This document shows, piece by piece, positions 32,504-49,210 of a stretch of DNA of 64,000 nt (the first letter of the stretch is position 1; each line of letters starts with the position of its first letter). The DNA is taken from the NCBI GenBank assembly GCA_000002445.1, contig CM000207.1:1408001-1472000 (forward strand). The letters run 5' to 3'. Source of the DNA: Trypanosoma brucei. Lineage: Eukaryota. The position numbers and the translations under genes are program-made. A model generated the notes under the pieces. That model had not been told where the DNA came from. It saw only the letters and a list, made by a program, of their open reading frames with translations, and did no database searches.

Positions 32504-35500
32504 TCCTAATCACCACTTTCTTCACATTCGTACAAATAATAGTTTCCCCTCCTCTTCCTCCTAAAACTGACGGTTTATCATCAGCGTTAACATAATCATT
32601 ATCAGCGTTTTCATTGTTGCGGTCACGACCATTACTGTCATTATTTAAATGGTCCATCCTCTTTTTTTATAGAATTTCTTATTAATTTTCATTTCTATTT
32701 GCATATATATATATATATTTCAAGGGTGCACGAAAAGGGAAAATGACGAGACAGAGAGTGAGAAAAAAAAAAGAAAGGGTAATCCTTCCTATTATATGAT
32801 GTACCTTTTTGCTTCGTTTTCATTTTCAATGAGGTTTAATACTTGAAAAAGACAAAAAAAAGAGAAAAAAGTAACGACACCAACTTGTCCATCTGCTTAA
32901 TTTGTTCTTTTTTTTTTTCTATTTAAAAATTTTTATCCCCTCGTGAGAAATCGATGTCAAAAACAATACTTATCTCCGAGTGAACATTTCCTTTACTTTC
33001 TTTTTTTACTCTTCTTCTTTTGCCTTCCAAATGAAATCTTTTCTTTTTTCCCCCTTTCCTCTCTCGGGTTCACTGCTTCATGAATCCGCTCGCTCACAAT
33101 TCATGCCACTTTTTGCTGTTTTTCTTTTTGTTTCGTTACTTACATTACTTTCCTCCTTTTTCTTGTGCCATCCATACATTCTTACGGGAGGAAAAGGCCA
33201 AACTCTTATTAACGTTCCCTTTCATGTTCTTCTTATATCAATAAATCAAGTCACTATCCATAAAAAGAAGAAAAAATAAAATACTTTCCTTTCCCAACAT
33301 TTCCTTCTCTCAAGAAAACAAAACACACACACACACACACTTTGATGTCATAATCACATAAAAAACGTACGAAACGAATTAATGATGTAATATTTAAACT
33401 CTTGTATTTATATGTTAATCAATTAGTCAATTAGTTTATTATTGAACTAGTTTATTATTATTATTGATGTTAATATATATAATTAAACCCTTTGGCCAAT
33501 CCTTCATCACGTCACTTAACGTTTTTCCCCCTCTATTTATTTATTTGTTACCTCCTCCTCCTCCTCCTGTTGAGGTTTTATGGCAAAAAGATGGAGGACG
33601 AAGTGAAATGAAACAATATTCACGTGATAAAAGGACAGGTGGGTGGAGATGGGATCAAAAAAAAAATAAAATACATAAAAATAAAATACATAAAAATAAA
33701 ATAAACCCCCCAAAATAACACAAAGAAGAAAAAGTAGGGAAAAAACTTAAAAATAAAAATAAAAAATGAGAGATTGGTAATTTATAATTATATTAAATTA
33801 TATGAAATAACTGACCCTCCCGTTACCGGTTGCATCCCTTTTATTTATTCCCATACTCTTCCTTATTATTGGTTTCTCCACCTTATCTCTCCCCTCCTCC
33901 GATAAAAAAAAAAGTAAAAAAAACCCAGGAAGAAAAAACAAAACAAAGCGGAAAGAAAGAAAGCCGGTAACGATGTGAAAAGGCAATTGGGGTTGACATA
34001 TCAGCTGAATTGACTATTTCAGTGCTTTTCTTCTCGTTTTTTATATCTTCTCTTGCATGTTTACCTTCACTTCACACCCTTTTTTCTCTTTTTTTGTATG
34101 TTTCTTCCTTCACACGCATGCGCTTTCCTTCTTCCACTCACTTCTTTTCAACAGTATGAAATATAAATAAATATTTATATATGTATGTTTATTTATTTAC
34201 ATATTTTCACTCGGTTACCTGATGTAATACTTTCTTCTTGTTTCTCTGAGGTTAAAATCTTCCCAGTGCGTGTGAATGCATGTGGGGGAGAGGCGATGAT
34301 GGTGGTGATGGTGGTGAAAATAAAAAAATAAATATCATGTTTTCGTTTTTGATGGTTCCTCTTCAATTATGTAAATAAGTAAAAAAAAAAAATATATATA
34401 TATATATATTACTTATATGCATATATTTTTCCTCTTTTCTTCGTTTTGGTGCTCTTACAATTATATGCTTCATGCTTATTTTCACCTTAACTCCGCACCT
34501 ACGCCCCCGCCTCTTCAACTATTCCATCAGTTATTATTCTTCGTGCATATGCACTGAAAAGGCGCGGAGGGGAGAAAATAAAGAACCAAAGTGTGTGTCT
34601 GCAACATGGATGAAATAAAACGTTTCATGTAATATAAAAAAATGGGGGTAAATACGAAATAGTAAAATAAATAAAATGTTTTACGAATGGAGCGGCAGAA
34701 CGCTCTTAAGGGGGAAGGAGAGAAAATTAAATTTTATTTCCCCTTTAAATAATGACAATAACACTTACGACAACAACATATTATTATTATTATCATATTA
34801 TTATTAGTGTAAATATAATAATTGCGGGAGTTTTAGTGATGTCGGTATCTGGGGGGTGAGGGGAACGTTTTGGCGTGTTGATGAGCTCCCACTTTGCGGA
34901 AACGACAAAATAAAAAAAGAGGTGGAAATGGAAATGTATTAAATTGAAAAATAAAGACGTGAAACAAAATAAATTCGGTGAAATCAACTTGAGTACATTC
35001 AAACACACAACGATTAGCAGTGCATTACATTTACATCTCATTTGGGGAGGGAAATATCAGAAAAATATCGAATGCAAACAAAACATGCGTGTAAAAGAGC
35101 TGCATGAATAATGAAAATGATAAAGGAGTAGGGACAAGGAGGAACGAGAAACCAATAAGCAGGTGTGAAATAAAGAGAGATAAAAAGAGTGGAACAGAAG
35201 TTCGAGAGGCCCGCAAGGAGGCTTTAAATAATAGCTATAATAATAAGGCTGCAACCGTAGCGGTCGGAGGAATGTGTTGCTCCTCCCATTACATATATAT
35301 ATATATATATATATGGTGATGTACATGCGTCTCTTCCTTCTGTCTCATCAACTTCTTCCTTCCCTTTGTTGTCTGTGGTTTGAAATGCGGCTGCTTCGAC
35401 AGCATCAGTTAATGCTTCTCCCTCCTTTCTTTGTTTGTCCCCCTCTCTTCACAACCACACGCCCTCCAACCTTTTCCCTTCCCCCTTTCTGACTCATTTG

Positions 35501-37092
35501 CTCCCACTCTCTCACGCAGTGGATGCCAACCATATATAAATATAAATACAAATAAATAAGTAAATAAATATATATGTATATGAAGGAAAGAAAGAAGGAA
35601 AGGAAAACAAAAGGAAAAACAGTTAAACGTGCACACACACGGAAATTGGACCGCTTGTCCCTCCTTTTCCTTTTCTCTCTTTGTTTCCCCATTCCCATTC
35701 CCATTCTTATTCTCATTCTTCCCTCTTTTCTTGTTCTTACATTCCCTCACTTCATTTGTTGACTTACATTTGTTGGTTCTCTCCTTCTCACATAACATAT
35801 AAAATACATATAACTGCATGCATGTATGAATCAATATGTTTTTGATGATATTCTTTTTTCAATTATTGGTGGCAGCGAGTGTCGTGTCTCGCCGCTTGTA
35901 CGTTGAGTCTCCACCTCATCTTCATCATCATTTCAGTCCCACAAAAGAGACGGGAACCGGTGTTAATAACTTACAACAAAGCAACACAAACGGGGAACGT
36001 GGAGAATCACAGGAGAAATCAGGAATCAAGATATAAATAGCCTGATAAGTGAGTAAATAAGGAAACGGAATCGGAAGAAAAACAATAATAATAATAATGA
36101 TAATAATAATAATGGTAATGGTAATAATATATATATATATATTATATATAGAGAGAAATGGAAGGGCATTGCACCGCACTGGTTCTCTTTACAAGCAGGC
36201 GCTGTGCAGAGGGGGATGCGCCCTCCACCAAGGTACATGAGTTTAATCACATATGATAAAATAAAAACAAAATAAAGGGGAGTAAAAAAAAAAAAGACCA
36301 AATCAGGGAACAAAGGGAGATGGTCTGTAGTTAAAAGTAAGGAATGGGTGATGAGCAAAAAAAAAAAAATAGCAGATTTACTGATAAGAAGGAAAGGAGG
36401 ATGGAGGGAACGAAAAAAGAAAACGGGTGACTGAGGGAGCGCAGCGACACGACAGAACAATGAAAGTTTAAAGATGGTCAACAAAGAGAGGAAAGGTACG
36501 GTAATCTAAGTACCAACAGTTCCAACTACAGTGCGTGGCGAAAGTACGTGTTTGTCTTCTGAAACGAAGTGGCAACATCACGGCTGCACCACAACTCCAC
36601 CCCCAAAATATTGAACTCCTCTTGTTTCACTATTTTCTTTACCCCCTCCTTCCCTTCTCTCGTTGGTACCTTCCCTTACCGCTTTCATTTCATTTCTTTC
36701 CCCCTCCTTTCCCACTTCCATTTGTTATATTCTCTCTTTCTTCATTTCCCCCATCCTTCGCTAACTTCCCACTTCGACCCGTTTCCCCCGTCACCGCAGT
36801 CTCTCCTAACCTTTTCGCTCTTACTTCCTTCTTCCTTCCATTTGTCCACTACTGCAATTGTTACCACCTCCTTTCAATCCCTTTCTTCCACGACCCGACC
36901 CTCAAAAGGTGCCACCAAAATGAGCAGTGAAGTGCAACGGGGAGGAACTCAGGAATGAAAAGTGAAGAATAGTGGCGGTAAGTGTGAAATGCAACGTGCA
37001 CCAACTGCAGAAGTATCAGAGAATCAATTAAGAGCGATGCCGCAGGTAACGGCATCAATAGTTTCGGTGGGGACTGTCAGGCGATGGGGACC

Positions 37093-37866
37093 TCATGACC
37101 GAATTCGCGCCCCACGAGGTGCACGCCACCGCGTCCCACACTGCGTGAATGCGGCCACACCGGCAGCGGCGCGGGGCAATGCTATCTCGTCGAGGTATGC
37201 AAACCAAACACGGCAGCGAAACACATCGAAGGCAACTCGCTGAAGGCGGCGAAAATCAACATACGTTCTCACGTTCCGCACAATGATGCACGTTATCTTG
37301 CGACCATCCAATTGGTACATAACGTCCTTAATGTACGCTGGGCATTTCACTTGTTGAGCCAGCGACCTCATCTTCCGGAGAGCCTCCGATTCCTTTTCGC
37401 AGAGGGCTCGGTACTGTTTCACATCACGTGGGGTTGCAAGACGGAGAACCCGCACCTCCACGTGCGGTGGCAGAGCCGGTAATGAAGTAATGGCGCGTAC
37501 AATACCCAAATCCTCGCCTCGATCTCCCTCTGTCACGACAGCCTCACCCACTTGCACAGAAAAAGGGAGGTAAAACTCCAGGGCCCCGTACTTAAACTCC
37601 ACCAAACCAATGTGCACCATCGCATCGGGAGAGCAAAGACTTGGTAGTCCGTTACCACCCACCACCTCATTTTCTTCCGCTACCGCTTTATTGTGTGAAG
37701 AGACGGAGGTGCTGGCGGTGGTGGTGGATGAAAGGAGCGGCTGCGGTGACGAGCATGTGGCGATGGGTTCCAACACACAGGCCGAATACGGGTCATGATG
37801 GTAACGTCTCACAGGACGGCCGAGAGCAGGTGGAGCGACGAACTGGTTAGCAGCTGCTGCGACCAT
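37093..37866 (-). CDS. PSP1 C-terminal domain protein (about 258 aa from the internal ATG; the ORF extends to 38016)
   Basis: A PSP1-C signature is present (...EAVVTEGDRGEDLGIVRAI... compared with the canonical VEADRGEDLGKV). The start is placed at MVAAAANQF (ATG 37864-37866) because the upstream 50 codons are hydrophobic translation of a T-rich tract. Confidence 0.45.
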   Translation of the reverse strand: MVAAAANQFVAPPALGRPVRRYHHDPYSACVLEPIATCSSPQPLLSSTTTASTSVSSHNKAVAEENEVVGGNGLPSLCSPDAMVHIGLVEFKYGALEFYLPFSVQVGEAVVTEGDRGEDLGIVRAITSLPALPPHVEVRVLRLATPRDVKQYRALCEKESEALRKMRSLAQQVKCPAYIKDVMYQLDGRKITCIIVRNVRTYVDFRRLQRVAFDVFRCRVWFAYLDEIALPRAAAGVAAFTQCGTRWRAPRGARIRS

Positions 37867-38557
37867 AACGCTAGTCTCTTGGTGTTTCGTTGGTTGTGCT
37901 GGCTTGAATGGAGTTAACTTCCAGACAAAAAAAAAAGAAAGAAACTGCAGTAACGAAATTATTCGGATACAAACCCGAAGGTAAATATATATAAATACGG
38001 GAATCACACAATACATAGCGCATAGTGAAGAAGAAGAAGAGTGAAGGTGTCCAAGTAATCAGCATAATCCCTTTAGGGCTGACTACTACAGCGAAATTTT
38101 TACCGGTAAGGGAGTAGGAGTTACAAAAAAAAAAAAAGAAACAAAAGTGACGCAGCAGCAACAGCAAGAGGAGAGTACCATCCTTGTCACAAAATAAATA
38201 TACTTAAAAGGAGAATCTGATACGTGATGCTAAAATTGACTTCTTTTAAAAAAATTACTATTGCTCCCTGAAAATTACTCAATTGCGTGGAGAAACAAAT
38301 CACACATGTCAACCCTCTTCGCTACCAAATACACAACACATATAAATATATACATACAAAAAAATAATAGATAAAGGAAACCACAGGAAACAACAACAGA
38401 AAAGTAATGCAACAACAAACAGCAAAGGAATACAACAAGGAAAACATTACCTTCAAAAGATATACCAATCTACGTCACAAACATTTACGTAAAAAAAACA
38501 TAACAAACAGAACTCAATATAAAGTAAAACAAAGCTATATAGATATATATGAAACAA

Positions 38558-39700
<1,143 letters not shown>

Positions 39701-39708
39701 TCAAATCA

Positions 39709-39752
39709 CATGGTATAACTGCTTTGTTGAAGCAAAGGTAAAACAACAAGGA
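39709..39752 (-). promoter_or_regulatory. Polypyrimidine tract plus AG dinucleotides: candidate trans-splice acceptor region for SLS copy A (equivalent tracts at about 42053-42096, 44540-44583 and 46876-46920 for copies B, C and D)
   Basis: The minus-strand sense sequence ccttgttgtttccttgttgttttacctttgcttcaacaaAGcAG lies about 55-100 nt upstream of the first ATG, which is the typical kinetoplastid SL-addition context. The exact acceptor cannot be determined from sequence. Confidence 0.35.
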
Positions 39753-40945
39753 AACAACAAGGATTATTTGGCATCATCCCTGTTCTGTGGTAAATTAAGA
39801 ATTTATGGCTCTCGCCAGCATCATATCCAGTAGAGAAGAACATTATCAAAACTGTAAAAGAAAACCCTCAAAGAGTACCTCATTAGAGCAACCACGTTGT
39901 CATGGCAGATACTGCGGTCAAATGTGCACAGTAACACAACGATAAATTTCAATATAACTATCTACGAGCAGCAAAAAGGAGAGTAGAAAAAGCAGTGGTA
40001 ACCACAACAAGTGAATCAGCACCCCATACAATGGACGAGAACACAGCGCTTTTATTGATGCATGCGTGTCGGGGGAAGTCTTTTATATTGTGAAGGGACA
40101 AATAGAAAAAACAACAACACTCCCAATCACACATATACGGTACAGGGTTTCTGTTCCCCCATGCTGACCTTTCACGTATCACCTTTATTGTTTCCCTCTT
40201 CCCTCCCTTCTGTTGTTTGCCTGCAACAACAGTGTTACGGTTAATGAAAATTTACAGCCCACCACACCTGTACATTCATTTCAGCACGAGCTGAGATGTA
40301 GGCAAGTCTTTCATATGTTTGTCGTTCACACATCGTGTACCCCTCCACTGATTTTGTAACGAATTAACGTCTTAAATTGATTTTGTTAAGATACACCACT
40401 ATCACCTTCCAACACAGAGTCAAGGGAGCAAAAAAACACAATTATAGGCAGTACAAATAGACAACTTCGAGAAATTGGGACAAATGCTGTCAGATATGCA
40501 TTATACGCAATGAAGTAAGCAAAGGAAACTTTACGAATTTCTAAGATGAGGGCCATAGGTGTACGGCCTGCTTGTTTCATTAGTGCAGTTACCAAAACTA
40601 TCCCGCTAGCAAGATAAGGCGCATCCTTCCATTAATCTTGTCAGAAATGCTAGACATTCCTTCATGCCTCATCCAAGACCATGCCCACCTTTCTGGGTGT
40701 CATTATTTTGACCATATAAGCAGCAAGACAAAGGGTAGTATACCAACAACAAAAACAGCAACAACAATGAATAGATAATTGCTCGCCTTTCACACAAGAA
40801 AGGAAGATAAGCACACCTACTACTAGAGAAATGACATCTTAAAGACGAACAAAGTTGTTTTCCTCTCTTTTCGACTTTTCAACAACAGGTCCGTCATTAT
40901 TAACAACACTTTACTGATTTCACCTTTCCACAGGGGGAGGCACCA

Positions 40946-41977
<1,032 letters not shown>

Positions 41978-43450
41978 TTAACTAATCATTATGGCAGCAT
42001 ACTTTGTTGGTGATAACTCACATAACGTAAGTATTCAAACCACATGGTATAACTGCTTTGTTGAAGCAAAGGTAAAACAACAAGGAAACAACAAGGATTA
42101 TTTGGCATCATCCCTGTTCTGTGGTAAATTAAGAATTTATGGCTCTCGCCAGCATCATATCCAGCAGAGAAGAACATTATCAAAACTGTAAAAGAAAACC
42201 CTCAAAGAGTACCTCATTAGAGCAACCACGTTGTCATGGCAGATACTGCGGTCAAATGTGCACAGTAACACAACGATAAATTTCAATATAACTATCTACG
42301 AGCAGCAAAAAGGAGAGTAGAAAAAGCAGTGGTAACCACAACAAGTGAATCAGCACCCCATACAATGGACGAGAACACAGCGCTTTTATTGATGCATGCG
42401 TGTCGGGGGAAGTCTTTTATATTGTGAAGGGACAAATAGAAAAAACAACAACACTCCCAATCACACATATACGGTACAGGGTTTCTGTTCCCCCATGCTG
42501 ACCTTTCACGTATCACCTTTATTGTTTCCCTCTTCCCTCCCTTCTGTTGTTTGCCTGCAACAACAGTGTTACGGTTAATGAAAATTTACAGCCCACCACA
42601 CCTGTACATTCATTTCAGCACGAGCTGAGATGTAGGCAAGTCTTTCATATGTTTGTCGTTCACACATCGTGTACCCCTCCACTGATTTTTCTCTTGAAAA
42701 AACTTCATCACACATCTAAGTTTCATGTAAACGTATGTATCGCGGTGTGTAAATTGACGAACGCAGAGCAAACAAAAAAAACATTCAAAATAATACGGGT
42801 ATTTATAAATATCCGTACGTAGTATGGTCACCTTTTTGGCATCCAGCCACAGGTAAAATTATAAATGAAAAATAACTGCCAAAGCAGCAGACCTCAATGC
42901 GTGAACAGTTAAGTTCGGTACAACCCCACTAATACGAAAGGATTTATCAATTCGATAAACAGGAGGCTGATGTTCTCCTACTTAATATATTCTACGCAAA
43001 GAAGTAAGCAAAGGAAACTTTACGAATTTCTAAGATGAGGGCCATAGGTGTACGGCCTGCTTGTTTCATTAGTGCAGTTACCAAAACTATCCCGCTAGCA
43101 AGATAAGGCGCATCCTTCCATTAATCTTGTCAGAAATGCTGGACATTCCTTCATGCCTCATCCAAGACCATGCCCACCTTTCTGGGTGTCATTATTTTGA
43201 CCATATAAGCAGCAAGACAAAGGGTAGTATACCAACAACAAAAACAGCAACAACAATAAATAGATAATTGCTCGCCTTTCACACAAGAAAGGAAGATAAG
43301 CACACCTACTACTAGAGAAATGACATCTTAAAGACGAACAAAGTTGTTTTCCTCTCTTCTCGACTTTTCAACAACAGGTCCGTCATTATTAACAACACTT
43401 TACTGATTCACCTTTCCACAGGGGGAGGCACCATCAATGATTTTTCTTAT

Positions 43451-44422
43451 CTATGACTTTCCCTCGAAATTCATCATTTCTTCGTTTTTAATTACGATTG
43501 CAACAGGTACGCCATCTTCAGTCACTTCACGTGAATTGGCACCACAACATGGCAACCAGCGAATAAAAAGTTGCAGCTGCCATGGAGCTCCATCAGCGTT
43601 GTGACCTACTGCTATGAATGTTGCAATTGTTAAATAAATAGCTACCAACACGTCATCTGTGTAATGGAACCGAGAGGCAACGATGCAATAGTAGCCAAAA
43701 ATTGCTACCACAGTCACCACAGGACGAAACGACCAATGTACCATTGCCCCATAAATCCAGTGGAACATGAGATGAAGCGTCAGAATCACAGTATGGCCAC
43801 TGTACATGAGATCACCACAGTGTATGGAACCGGCACCAGCTGTAAGAACAGTAAGTATGACATCTTTCACACGATTTTCTATTTTCGGCGGGTCTTGGCA
43901 CAGGTCATCGGGATTGGGAAGCGACGTCACTACCATAATAACTGAACGGGAGAGTAGCAGGAGTGCGTATGATGTAATAAAACGGATCCATGCAATGGTA
44001 TGAACGTTGCGCAGTTCAATACGGCAATTCTCCTTACATAACCACACAGATAAAAAGAAGCGACTCACACCGGGAATGTTACATGGGAGTTCTGGTTCAC
44101 CCGACCCCACACAATGCCGGTGAAGAAGGTACAGTTTGAAAGCGGTGAAAACACTCAGAATATTCAAGAAACCGATACAGCAGTCTGCGACAGAAAACAA
44201 AAAAGGATACTTGTGCAATACCTCAAAACCGAGATCTGGTAGCGGCTTCGTCACCTTGGGGTCCGGCATACGTTCATGTGTGATTTGCAACAAAACAGCA
44301 AGGATAAAGACAACAATTACGAATACAACTGTGAATCGAATGACTTGCGTTCGTAATGGCAAGGGTTTCCTCATTCTGTTCCAAAAGGAACCACTATACA
44401 TTTCCACTGGTGGGACAGCCAT
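43451..44422 (-). CDS. SLS2: Sphingolipid synthase paralogue, copy C (323 aa); the most divergent copy, SLS2-like
   Basis: D3 and D4 motifs are present. Divergent segments include [16 protein letters not shown] and [17 protein letters not shown]. The upstream ATG (44474-44476) is followed by TAA at codon 4. It has a unique C-terminal tail (...[11 protein letters not shown]). Confidence 0.8.
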   Translation of the reverse strand: MAVPPVEMYSGSFWNRMRKPLPLRTQVIRFTVVFVIVVFILAVLLQITHERMPDPKVTKPLPDLGFEVLHKYPFLFSVADCCIGFLNILSVFTAFKLYLLHRHCVGSGEPELPCNIPGVSRFFLSVWLCKENCRIELRNVHTIAWIRFITSYALLLLSRSVIMVVTSLPNPDDLCQDPPKIENRVKDVILTVLTAGAGSIHCGDLMYSGHTVILTLHLMFHWIYGAMVHWSFRPVVTVVAIFGYYCIVASRFHYTDDVLVAIYLTIATFIAVGHNADGAPWQLQLFIRWLPCCGANSREVTEDGVPVAIVIKNEEMMNFEGKS

Positions 44423-45744
44423 TGGTGGTGGTACTAATCCTGGTGGTGAGAGGGAGAAGAAAGGTTAACTAATCATTATGGCAGCATACTTTGTTGGTGA
44501 TAACTCACATAACGTAAGTATTCAAACCACATGGTATAACTGCTTTGTTGAAGCAAAGGTAAAACAACAAGGAAACAACAAGGCTTATTTGGCATCATCC
44601 CTGTTCTGTGGTAAATTAAGAATTTATGGCTCTCGCCAGCATCATATCCAGCAGAGAAGAACATTATCAAAACTGTAAAAGAAAACCCTCAAAGAGTACC
44701 TCATTAGAGCAACCACGTTGTCATGGCAGATACTGCGGTCAAATGTGCACAGTAACACAACGATAAATTTCAATATAACTATCTACGAGCAGCAAAAAGG
44801 AGAGTAGAAAAAGCAGTGGTAACCACAACAAGTGAATCAGCACCCCATACAATGGACGAGAACACAGCGCTTTTATTGATGCATGCGTGTCGGGGGAAGT
44901 CTTTTATATTGTGAAGGGACAAATAGAAAAAACAACAACACTCCCAATCACACATATACGGTACAGGGTTTCTGTTCCCCCATGCTGACCTTTCACGTAT
45001 CACCTTTATTGTTTCCCTCTTCCCTCCCTTCTGTTGTTTGCCTGCAACAACAGTGTTACGGTTAATGAAAATTTACAGCCCACCACACCTGTACATTCAT
45101 TTCAGCACGAGCTGAGATGTAGGCAAGTCTTTCATATGTTTGTCGTTCACACATCGTGTACCCCTCCACTGATTTTTCTCTTGAAAAAACTTCATCACAC
45201 ATCTAAGTTTCATGTAAACGTATGTATCGCGGTGTGTAAATTGACGAACGCACGGTGTACTTGTCAATATGCCCGAAGAAGAGTGATAATTAATATACGT
45301 TTTAGCTGATGATTGTAACAAAAATACGATCGCTGAAGGGGAAGAAAAAAAATAACAGCTTACATATACATATATATGTTTTCGCTGAGGTGCGGTTTAT
45401 TCGCTGCACGGTACCATAAGAAATATAGTTATTATTGAAGACAATTAAAATCTTATTTGTTCAGAATAAGTAAGTAAAAAGAATTTTACTATTATTGGGA
45501 GAGTATTTTCTTTTTTAAGGAAGGGTATTTATTCAATTCCCTTTTTTCCCCTAGAAGCAGCCCTGCTCGACCATTACTATCACTAGATCCTTCGTGGGCT
45601 CAAAATAGCTTTACGCTAAGCCAGGCGGACCAAAAAAATAGAAAATTAAGATTTGAGGCACACTTTCCGTATTACGATGTCTTCCGACAAAAAAAATAAT
45701 ATATATATTCAGCTATGCGGCTGAGGAGGTCATCCATCTATGAA

Positions 45745-46857
<1,113 letters not shown>

Positions 46858-47130
46858 TCAAACCACATGGTATAACTGCTTTGTTGAAGCAAAGGTAAAA
46901 CAACAAGGAAACAACAAGGCTTATTTGGCATCATCCCTGTTCACAACTGAAGTTGTGATGTCAACTCTCCTTGCAGTGGTAATACGCAAAAAGTCTTAGC
47001 GAAAGTATTCCGCAGAAAAATTTTTACGAAGCGCGATAATTGAAGCGATAGTTGCGTTTCATGATTACACAACTGCTTTAAGTTGTGGCACCTATTCTGT
47101 ATTTTCATTTGCGTCTCATTTTCTTTTTCT

Positions 47131-48069
47131 TTACTTGCTCAACTCAGAACACCTGAAGTATTGTGTCGCTTCTTCTAAGAGTGTAGCTGCATTGTTTGAT
47201 GTTATACCTTTCAGCCCTCTGCGAAGACTATCGACGCTGTCACACCATGGTGTGGCATTTAACTGCATGAGAAGCGGAAGCTTCCGTGCTGTACTGCTCT
47301 TCCACAATTTCAACTTTTCCTGTTCTTGAAGTTCCGTGTTTAATGCATTTAGCAGTCCTATCGTTGCCGCATTTACTTCGGCTAGCGGTGTGACATCGGT
47401 ATTGCCGTCTATCGGTTGTGCAAGATCGTCTGTATATAGCTTATAGCGATTTATAATGAAGTCAGGCTTTATTGTTTTGAGCATAAACTGAGTGTTCGTC
47501 CTACATCCAATGGCAAGAATGCAAAGGGCACGCACCGCCGTGTCGTACGGCAGAACGCCACTAATTGCCTTCTCAATCACACCCTTGCATAAAAGCTCCG
47601 ACTCAAAGCGATCGTCACTTCTTTTTGCGGTTTCGTGGGCGTCTGCACTGCAAACAAAGAGATTCCTGTGCAAATTACACCAACTGTCGAATAAATCTGC
47701 AATGTAAAAATAGGGTATATCCTCTGAAATGTGCTCTTCTAACCAGGAAATCTGTCCTGGAACTTCGCATTCCCCCAGCAGCTGTTCAAACGTCCACCGC
47801 GCCTCGGCAGCGGAGCCGCTGCCATACCGTTCAATGATTTCCTCCAATACCTCTTTCTTATAGCCGTATTTCTCGCTGAACGACACCGGTAAAATCCACT
47901 CCTGAAGGAATAAATGAAGTTTAAGTGTCCCTACGTGCAGGGCCCGAAGGTTCGCTTCACTAATAAGTCCCTTGTCCTCAACGAAACCTAAGCCACACCA
48001 ACCGGCAGTAAAGCCCCCTACAAGAGATAATACACCTTTCCCTGTGACATACAACGACCTAGGCGACAT
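47131..48069 (-). CDS. Hypothetical conserved protein (312 aa)
   Basis: Uninterrupted ORF immediately upstream of the SLS array on the coding strand, globular-looking, with no motif I can assign confidently. Confidence 0.5.
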   Translation of the reverse strand: MSPRSLYVTGKGVLSLVGGFTAGWCGLGFVEDKGLISEANLRALHVGTLKLHLFLQEWILPVSFSEKYGYKKEVLEEIIERYGSGSAAEARWTFEQLLGECEVPGQISWLEEHISEDIPYFYIADLFDSWCNLHRNLFVCSADAHETAKRSDDRFESELLCKGVIEKAISGVLPYDTAVRALCILAIGCRTNTQFMLKTIKPDFIINRYKLYTDDLAQPIDGNTDVTPLAEVNAATIGLLNALNTELQEQEKLKLWKSSTARKLPLLMQLNATPWCDSVDSLRRGLKGITSNNAATLLEEATQYFRCSELSK

Positions 48070-48421
48070 ATTGAATTTCTAATAAATGAATATGACGTGT
48101 GAAGCGCGATAGGAAAACACACTCGAAATCTTACATGAAACAGACGAAGAAGGGGGAAAGTGCTGAAAGAGCCTCTCGTGCACTACACCGCTTCCACAAA
48201 ATAACTAAACCAGCACCGGCTATGCCCCATGCATACATTTGCCCCAATTTCACCTCCAACAACCCTCGTCGCAGTATTTCGTGATGGTTTGCGGAATACA
48301 CGGTCAATCCTGTACGCACCGGTTTAAAGTTTGCTACTTCTGCGAAGGGAGGGAGAGAAAAAAACAAAACAACCTCCTTCAACTGATCATCAAAGTGAAG
48401 AGAGGTTACGTGCATGTAGCG

Positions 48422-49210
48422 CTAACGAGTAATCCTTTTTGCCAGCATCACTGCAAGCAGCAGAAATAGTAATCTTCTCAGGACACCGAAAATTGGGTGG
48501 CTTTGCTTTTCTTGTTTCCGGTGCCTGGAGGGTCTGCGGCGGGTACCTGACACAGCGCTTTCTCTGCTGGAGTCGGTGCCCTTTGGCAGCTCCACCCATC
48601 TACCCGCCTCGTCCATATACATACCAGATTTCAGTTTATTGTACTGTTGACTCATGCCAATGTAATTTCCCATAAACTGAAGCGCACTCCCAAACGTCAT
48701 TTGAATGACACCCGCAAACATCCCGCACATCTCCAAAAGACGCCCTACGAGCATGAAAGTCATTTGACTGCGCTGAAAGTCTTCTGACATCCCCATGCCG
48801 TACATACCAGGCATACCTAATCCACCATATAAGCCACCCATTCCTAAGCCTCCGTACATGCCAGGCATGCCGAGACCTCCATAACCCATTCCTAAGCCTC
48901 CGTAGCCCATGCCGAGACCCCCATAACCCATTCCTAAGCCTCCGTAGCCCATACCAGTGTTGTAGCTGTTCGCATATTCATTATTGTTGTTGTAGCGATT
49001 CGTTTGATCCACCGTGTTTACTGGCATAGCATTTTGAGAAGTACCCGCTGTTCCAGGTGCCGTGACTAGAGCATTAGAAGGTGGTGAAGTGCCCACCGGG
49101 CTCAGGGGTTGCTGTGCTAGTGAAGTGGTGGACGGCAGTTCACCGCTTGGCAGCGGGTTCTGTGCGGCCACTCCACCATTTCCTTCACTGACAGGAACTG
49201 CTGCCGACAT
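48422..49210 (-). CDS. Gly/Tyr/Met-rich tail-anchored protein (262 aa) with (GMGYGGL)n repeats; possibly PEX13-like
   Basis: The N-terminus is Ser/Pro/Thr-rich. The centre reads GMGYGGLGMGYGGLGMGYGGLGMGYGGLGMPGMYGGLGMGGLYGGLGMPGMYGMGM. A hydrophobic segment (MTFMLVGRLLEMCGMFAGVIQMTFG) follows. A C-terminal TM anchor (LLFLLLAVMLA) is followed by KRITR. Confidence 0.5.
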   Translation of the reverse strand: MSAAVPVSEGNGGVAAQNPLPSGELPSTTSLAQQPLSPVGTSPPSNALVTAPGTAGTSQNAMPVNTVDQTNRYNNNNEYANSYNTGMGYGGLGMGYGGLGMGYGGLGMGYGGLGMPGMYGGLGMGGLYGGLGMPGMYGMGMSEDFQRSQMTFMLVGRLLEMCGMFAGVIQMTFGSALQFMGNYIGMSQQYNKLKSGMYMDEAGRWVELPKGTDSSRESAVSGTRRRPSRHRKQEKQSHPIFGVLRRLLFLLLAVMLAKRITR

